Of a stretch of DNA of 32,000 nucleotides, positions 26,872 to 32,000 are shown one piece after another. The translations under genes were made by a program, and so were the position numbers. The stretch is from Candidatus Lokiarchaeum ossiferum. GTDB lineage: Archaea > Asgardarchaeota > Lokiarchaeia > Sigyniarchaeales > Promethearchaeaceae. The notes below the pieces were generated by a model. The model made no database searches. It saw nothing but the letters and a program-made list of their open reading frames with translations, and had not been told where the DNA came from. Position 1 is the first letter of the stretch; every line of letters starts with the position of its first letter. The stretch spans positions 1,230,001-1,262,000 of the forward strand of contig CP104013.1 of NCBI GenBank assembly GCA_025839675.1, given 5' to 3'.

Positions 26872-27021
26872 TTAGTGCCAATAATACACTTCTTCCATCT
26901 TGTGAAGTAATTGAAGAGCATGAAATGCCATATTTTGTTCAGAAAACGCGTGATCAACTTCATGGTGTCCAGCTAATTCTCCTTCAAAATTATCAATCAC
27001 TGTCTGGTTTGAGGCGATCAT
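26872..27021 (-). CDS. Candidate 49-aa His-rich small protein (hypothetical)
   Basis: The in-frame ATG at 27019-27021 gives MIASNQTVIDNFEGELAGHHEVDHAFSEQNMAFHALQLLHKMEEVYYWH. An ATATATAT element is centred about 27 nt upstream on the same strand. The longer 81-aa version in the track needs a TTG start. Confidence 0.25.
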   Translation of the reverse strand: MIASNQTVIDNFEGELAGHHEVDHAFSEQNMAFHALQLLHKMEEVYYWH

Positions 27022-27044
27022 ACAAAAATAAAGAAAATCTGAGC

Positions 27045-27052
27045 ATATATAT
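27045..27052 (-). promoter_or_regulatory. TATA-box-like ATATATAT, positioned as expected for a leaderless transcript starting near the ATG at 27021
   Basis: The spacing was read directly. AT-rich background makes such octamers common. Confidence 0.2.
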
Positions 27053-27256
27053 CTGATAGTTTGTAAATAATTGACAAGTTTATTGGAAAATATACCAAAA
27101 TCACCCCCCTTTGTCAAAAAAAGTGATTATTTGATTGATTATTTTTTTATTTATTCAAACATTGATTTAGTGTATCTTTTGATAGGTATTATTGTCAAAA
27201 AATTTCACTCACTGGTTATTGTATGAAGCGCTTGGTTTAGCAAGTCAAATAAAGGA

Positions 27257-27973
27257 ATGAACATTTCTAATTATATGCCTACAATCTTATCTCTCCCAAT
27301 TTCATTATCTGAGCCTCTACCATCTGAATTTTCGAGTGATGATGTCCGCTATTCTGAACGTTTTGTGGAGTATTGTCTAAAAACCTTTTCCAAGCAAAAC
27401 GATATAATTTTTGATCCTTTTGCAGGTTTTGGAACCACGCTACTAATTGCAGAAAAAATGAAGAGAACTTCCTTTGGTGTTGAAATTGACAAACAACGCG
27501 TTGATTATATTACTTCAAAACTCAATACAAAGGAATCCATAATCCATGGAGATATCACAAACTTATCTTCGATTGCGATGAAGAACTTCGATCTTTTACT
27601 CACATCTCCACCCTATATGAACTCATTTGAACAAGAGAGCCCTTTTGATAACTTTCAATCAAAATCCAATTATTCAGAATACTTAAATAAATTGGAGATG
27701 ATTTTCCAAGAACTGGAACCTTTTATGAATAAGGGAGGAAATTGTCTTGTTGAGGTGGCTAATTTGTATGCTGAAGGAAAATTAACGACATTAGCATGGG
27801 ATATTGCGGGTCGATTAAGAAAATTTATGGACCTTCAACGAGAATTTATCATCTGCTGGGAAGGAGAAGAATTAAAAGAGAATCGAGGCATCTATGGATA
27901 TGGATATGATCATAGCTATTTACTCGTATTCCACAAGAGAGAAGAGAGTAATTCAAAAAAGAACTCACTGTAA
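27257..27973 (+). CDS. Minimal SAM-dependent methyltransferase with an SPPY motif. It is a circular permutation of the N6_N4_Mtase-type fold, with motif I before motif IV.
   Basis: Motif X/I is RYSERFVEYCLKTFSKQNDIIFDPFAGFGTTLLIAEKMKRTSFGVEID (DPFAGFGTT at nt 27413-27439). Motif IV is FDLLLTSPPYMN (SPPY at nt 27605-27616). Then come KGGNCLVEVAN, REFIICWE and HSYLLVFHK, which mirror the motifs of the 9262 product. Confidence 0.7.
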   Translation: MNISNYMPTILSLPISLSEPLPSEFSSDDVRYSERFVEYCLKTFSKQNDIIFDPFAGFGTTLLIAEKMKRTSFGVEIDKQRVDYITSKLNTKESIIHGDITNLSSIAMKNFDLLLTSPPYMNSFEQESPFDNFQSKSNYSEYLNKLEMIFQELEPFMNKGGNCLVEVANLYAEGKLTTLAWDIAGRLRKFMDLQREFIICWEGEELKENRGIYGYGYDHSYLLVFHKREESNSKKNSL

Positions 27974-27993
27974 CAAAATAAAAAAAATAAGCT

Positions 27994-28476
27994 TTACTGA
28001 AGGGTTTGCGCCCACTCTTTGGCTTTTCGATAATTTTCACCCCAGTTTTCTTCATGAGTACCTTGCAAATGGAGTTCACCGACTAAATTACATTCAGGAA
28101 GGGCTTTTTTAAATCGTTCAGCAGCTTTTTTCTTTGGTCCCATACTCCCCATCCAAAAGGCAACTTTTTTATTGGTCAAATCATGTTGCTTAAGAAAACT
28201 TCGCATGGGAGGAGAAAGCGTCCAGGCCCACACTGGTGATCCAAGGATAATAAAGCCATATTTCTCTACATCAAATTCATAAGGTTCCAAATCGGGAGTT
28301 TTATTCATCTTCGCTTGATAGCCTCCCCACACAAATTTCATCGAACTCTTTGAATTGAGACTTTTTATTGGTTTGAGTGCAATGATGTCTGCATCTAGAA
28401 CTTCTTGAACAATTTCAGCAACAGCTTGGGTATGGCCTGTCAATGAAAAATAAACAACTGCAGTTTTTTTTCCCAT
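27994..28476 (-). CDS. Flavodoxin-family protein
   Basis: The N-terminus MGKKTAVVYFSLTGHTQAVAE is a flavodoxin FMN-phosphate loop. FIILGSPVWAW follows. I chose the ATG at 28474-28476 over the upstream start given in the track. Confidence 0.75.
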   Translation of the reverse strand: MGKKTAVVYFSLTGHTQAVAEIVQEVLDADIIALKPIKSLNSKSSMKFVWGGYQAKMNKTPDLEPYEFDVEKYGFIILGSPVWAWTLSPPMRSFLKQHDLTNKKVAFWMGSMGPKKKAAERFKKALPECNLVGELHLQGTHEENWGENYRKAKEWAQTLQ

Positions 28477-28650
28477 AGTAAGAAGCTCTGATTTTTGTCT
28501 CCTATGAACATGCGGATTTAGTTGTATAAGAAAAAATACCATTTTTAATTTAAGAATTCTGTTCTAATAATTTTGGATTGGATACTGCCTATTTATGATC
28601 AAACACACTGTTTTAAGCCAGCATAGAAAATGAAGGAAAGGTTTTAATGT

Positions 28651-28696
28651 AAAATAAATAAAATAAAATAAAAAAGAGAAGCGCTTCATGACTTCT
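28651..28696 (-). terminator. Weak hairpin (AGAAG-N10-CTTCT) followed on the minus strand by a T-rich run, downstream of the 1043-aa gene
   Basis: The minus strand reads AGAAGTCATGAAGCGCTTCT and then CTTTTTTATTTTATTTTATTTATTTT. It begins about 38 nt after the stop at 28734-28736. The stem is only 5 bp. Confidence 0.35.
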
Positions 28697-28733
28697 TTTT
28701 TGCGGTTATCACAACACTCACTCCGCTATATGG

Positions 28734-31700
28734 TTATTCGTTTCTATATCCCGCGAGGGTTACTTCTTCTGATAGTTCTTCAAATTGATTGAATACAATT
28801 TCTTGTCGATGAATGTTAAATTTGCGTTGATCTAAGAAATTATATAATCGACTAACATTGGAAGATAGGGTTAACTCATGCATGGTGACAGCAAGAACTC
28901 CACAGGCAAACCCAGCAATAATACAAAATCCAAAAATAAAGAAGATCACATTAAAACGAACGTTCCTTGGAAAGTTTTGGATAGAAGCTAAGATCGGAGA
29001 TCCTTGAATAAACCGGATATAACTGAAAATGGCTCCAATTCCTAAAAATCCTTTCAAGTAATTTGAAAACCAACCGCCCACAGACTCAACATCTTCGGGT
29101 TGGGTGGATTTTAGATCCTTGGTATAAAATAGAATTCCCGCATCATCTAATAACCAAGAAGTAGGAATAAGCCAGAAAAAGAACGGCACCGCTATTAAAC
29201 CTGGAATTATTAAATATATGAAGAATCCACCAATATATTCAATAAAATTACTATCAGTTAATCCAGTAATTGTAGCAATGTTTCCAACATTAGAATTGAA
29301 ATATTGATTTGTATAATCAAAAAACATCAATCCAACTGAGAGGATGAGTGCAATAATAGATAAAATACGTGAGATTAATCCCCCAACTCCAGTATTTCTC
29401 CCAAAAGGTGGAATAATAATCATTTTATACTTGATATTTTTCGATTCTTCTAAAGCTTGATCGTCCAACGGCACTTTTCGTTTAAAAGCTTTGAAACCCT
29501 CCTTTTTGGCATGGAAAATTTGATTTAAAATAATGATCCAACTGGAGATCCTCGGTGCCAGCAAAATATAAAGGCCAGCGCTGATGAATAATGTCGAGAA
29601 AAATGTGAATGTGACCAAACCCGAGTTCCGAGTAAAATTGGTGATAGCAATTTGTTCCGGACTTTGTCCGAATTGAATAGATTGATTATTTTCAATGGTT
29701 TGAATCATTAAGAGCAATGTAAAATATAGTAAAGCTACTGCTGCAACTGCAAGAAATGCCATGATAATAAATCTTTTTTTGCTTGGTATTGTAAATTTGA
29801 TCTTTGTTTTTCTGAGTAATATTGTATCTAAAACAAGCACTAATAACCCAAAGAAGAGCATTATTGCACCAGTTATAAAAATGCCTTTTGTAGCAGGATT
29901 GGTTGCTTGTTGAAGCAGTTCATTTTGTTCTATTATTTCCATTTCTCGATTGAAGATGACATAGCGATTTTGAAGTAACAGATCCCCAACACCATCACCA
30001 TCTGCGTCAGAAAGTGGGGAGATTTTGTTATAAATAAACCATTCTGACTCAAAATTCATATATAATGATTGATTTATTACCTCTTTTTGGGTTATGGTAA
30101 AATATGGACCATTATTATCATAAAGAAAATCAGAATCTTGAAAAATAATCCCTGGGATCAAAATATCAGTGCTTTTATCCCCATCAATATCATAATCAAT
30201 ATTGAAATTATAACCAACAGAATTTTCATACAATAAGCTACTATAAAATATATCAAACAGATTAGGACATTCAAAGGAAATAGGGGTTATATCGAAAAGG
30301 GTCAAAAACGAACTATTTACAACAACTCCCGCATATTCACTTGATAAAAAGAAGAGATCACCAGCAACAACAGGCATTAATTTATCAGAAATGCTTACTA
30401 TCCGAGGATCTTGTTTAGAGAAAATCAAAGCAAAGGAAGTTGTTTGATCAGATCCACCTTCCAAAATAATAGGAAGGATTCCAACACATACCCCCCATTC
30501 ATTAGTAGAATTTGGAGGCTCGTGATTATCCGAAAGAACCCCTTCCCTAAAGCTTATGATCTCGAAAGTTTTTTGCTGACTTTGGATATTGAGAGATACA
30601 ATTTGTGACATTTTTATTGCTTGAAACATCTGGTTCTCATTTATATTTGGATCACCGTCATTAAAGGAAGGATACTGTTCACGATATTTTGAATTTAATC
30701 CGAGATCATATTCATCTACTGCCTGAAAAATATGGGTTATTCCCGTGGGATCTCCAGTCGCATTGAATGAAACATACGCATTTCTTTCCCAAATGTTTTC
30801 AATTTCTAAAATTTCTGGATCCATGGAATCAAATAGGGTATAATTATAAAAGAGCCATGAATTTGATGTCGCATTCATAGGCCCAGATCGTAATTGAGAT
30901 AATTTTGTTAAAAAGAATGCTGTAGAGTTAGGTGCATTTCGATCAACATAGTACATATAGTAGTAGGGATATTTCCAATGATTTTGGAGTTCATTTGTAG
31001 GCATTCTACAAAAAGCTCCTTTAAATTCATAGTTAATATTTTGTCCGTCAGAAATATTGTAGTAGAATGGACCCACACTATTCCAATTAATTTGAGATAT
31101 TGGTTCAAGTGTCTCGGGATTGATAAAATCCATAACTTTTATAGAATCATCATCAAGATATTCAAAGGTGTTTTCGATAATTAGCACATCTTCAGAATAT
31201 GTAGAATTAGGAACATTTTGAGAATTATTTCCTAAATAATTTATATTGAGATTAAATAGATCCCAATTGACTCCCTCTTCACCCAAAGATGAAACATTTA
31301 ATTTAAAATCAATATCGAGGGTAGCAATATCGATGTGTAACAGATGAAATTGATTTGTAGCTGCAGTATTAATTTCATAATAGTATTCAATGTTATTTTG
31401 ATCGGATTCATCACCATCTTGATTTTCTGAAAGATGAGGAATTCCAACAGAAGCTAAAGCAATCACATCATTATTTGCAGTACGAATGAGACTTGTCGGC
31501 AAGCTTGGGGAAATAGTCCAATTCTGAAAATCGGAATAAGCCCTATACCTAATTAATTCTCCGGTGGCACCATCAATTATAGCAGTTTGGGTTTGGTGTT
31601 GAACTTTCCCAGAATTTTCATCCCAGCTATTATAATATGGATTAATCCAATAGAATAAATCGTTTATTCCATCTTGGTTTACATCCTCAATCATGATTGA

Positions 31701-31865
31701 ATCACTTGGAGATGATAATTCGCTAAAGGGATAAACCCATCCGTCCGCAGAACTTGGAGGTACATCTTGATTGATTCCTGCAATACCCCCTAGTAATAAC
31801 CCCATAGAAATTAAAATCCATGCGATTTTTACACCACTTTTATAAGTAGAACGATCATTTATCAT
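28734..31865 (-). CDS. Large membrane protein. It has an N-terminal signal anchor, a ~640-aa sequon-rich ectodomain with DxDxDG/FG-GAP-like Ca-loop motifs, and a C-terminal ~380-aa polytopic membrane domain.
   Basis: The anchor is VKIAWILISMGLLLGGIAGI. The loops are DVNQDGINDLFYW, DYDIDGDKSTDILIPG and DADGDGVGDLLLQN (nt ~29975-30015). There are about a dozen N-x-S/T sequons. From about nt 29880 downwards there are about 7-8 hydrophobic helices. Confidence 0.7.
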   Translation of the reverse strand: MINDRSTYKSGVKIAWILISMGLLLGGIAGINQDVPPSSADGWVYPFSELSSPSDSIMIEDVNQDGINDLFYWINPYYNSWDENSGKVQHQTQTAIIDGATGELIRYRAYSDFQNWTISPSLPTSLIRTANNDVIALASVGIPHLSENQDGDESDQNNIEYYYEINTAATNQFHLLHIDIATLDIDFKLNVSSLGEEGVNWDLFNLNINYLGNNSQNVPNSTYSEDVLIIENTFEYLDDDSIKVMDFINPETLEPISQINWNSVGPFYYNISDGQNINYEFKGAFCRMPTNELQNHWKYPYYYMYYVDRNAPNSTAFFLTKLSQLRSGPMNATSNSWLFYNYTLFDSMDPEILEIENIWERNAYVSFNATGDPTGITHIFQAVDEYDLGLNSKYREQYPSFNDGDPNINENQMFQAIKMSQIVSLNIQSQQKTFEIISFREGVLSDNHEPPNSTNEWGVCVGILPIILEGGSDQTTSFALIFSKQDPRIVSISDKLMPVVAGDLFFLSSEYAGVVVNSSFLTLFDITPISFECPNLFDIFYSSLLYENSVGYNFNIDYDIDGDKSTDILIPGIIFQDSDFLYDNNGPYFTITQKEVINQSLYMNFESEWFIYNKISPLSDADGDGVGDLLLQNRYVIFNREMEIIEQNELLQQATNPATKGIFITGAIMLFFGLLVLVLDTILLRKTKIKFTIPSKKRFIIMAFLAVAAVALLYFTLLLMIQTIENNQSIQFGQSPEQIAITNFTRNSGLVTFTFFSTLFISAGLYILLAPRISSWIIILNQIFHAKKEGFKAFKRKVPLDDQALEESKNIKYKMIIIPPFGRNTGVGGLISRILSIIALILSVGLMFFDYTNQYFNSNVGNIATITGLTDSNFIEYIGGFFIYLIIPGLIAVPFFFWLIPTSWLLDDAGILFYTKDLKSTQPEDVESVGGWFSNYLKGFLGIGAIFSYIRFIQGSPILASIQNFPRNVRFNVIFFIFGFCIIAGFACGVLAVTMHELTLSSNVSRLYNFLDQRKFNIHRQEIVFNQFEELSEEVTLAGYRNE

Positions 31866-32000
31866 TTTTACAACTCAACATTCAATTGATTTATGAATAT
31901 ATAATCTTTTTGTCAATAAACCTAATAAACTGTGATGATTCAAACAATCGGAAAATCTTAGAATGATCAGCTGACCATAAATTTTGGACAAAATTATTTA

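Noticed and set aside
27071-27202. TTGTCAA/TTGACAA heptamers occur at 27071, 27111 and 27192, and again at 31909. They could be operator sites upstream of the orphan methyltransferase.
   Set aside because: An AT-rich 7-mer is expected several times per 32 kb by chance. The spacing is irregular and there is no extended palindrome.
27223-28689. An 11-nt inverted repeat (ATGAAGCGCTT at 27223-27233, AAGCGCTTCAT at 28679-28689) brackets the permuted methyltransferase and the flavodoxin gene. It could mark mobile-cassette ends.
   Set aside because: Many 11-mer matches are expected by chance among all position pairs in a 32-kb window. There is no target-site duplication, transposase or integrase. 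The right copy is better explained as part of a terminator hairpin.
1-32000. I searched for tRNA, rRNA, CRISPR arrays, IS elements, integrases and prophage genes.
   Set aside because: The spacers are short and uniformly AT-rich with no GC-rich cloverleaf-like segments. There are no regularly spaced direct repeats and no transposase, integrase, capsid or terminase-like ORFs. This was a by-eye scan only, so tRNAscan-SE, Infernal and a CRISPR finder should confirm it.

Overview
The window is strongly AT-rich and densely coding, with about 29 protein genes and short spacers. I found no rRNA, tRNA, CRISPR array, transposase or integrase. The gene content looks archaeal: a short ERCC4/XPF-type nuclease with an HhH tail, a V4R-domain protein, iron-sulfur-flavoprotein-like reductases, a roadblock-like small protein, a soluble multi-PAS hybrid histidine kinase, and sequon-rich giant surface proteins. 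It may be Asgard/Lokiarchaeia-like, but the taxon is inference only. Most genes are ordinary: two MFS transporters, ZIP, a TDT/TehA-like transporter, PepD, SPFH, an HPS-like protein, SDR, ArsC and flavodoxins. The main point of interest is four DNA-methyltransferase-fold genes with no recognisable restriction endonuclease. (i) 9262-10056 is a canonical beta-class SPPY methyltransferase. It is translationally coupled to (ii) 10058-10897, a full-length paralogue in which both the catalytic tetrapeptide and the SAM-binding loop are ablated, making it a candidate pseudoenzyme partner. (iii) 19048-22206 is a ~1050-aa Eco57I/Type IIG-like NPPY methyltransferase-specificity fusion. It lies 15-18 nt downstream of a PAS hybrid histidine kinase, and its N-terminal nuclease-like module lacks a clear ExK. 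(iv) 27257-27973 is a minimal 238-aa circularly permuted SPPY methyltransferase. Other oddities are a tandem active plus degenerate metallophosphoesterase, and a 1043-aa protein that fuses a Ca-loop/FG-GAP-like ectodomain to a polytopic membrane domain. All functional calls rest on motif reading by eye. No database searches were run.
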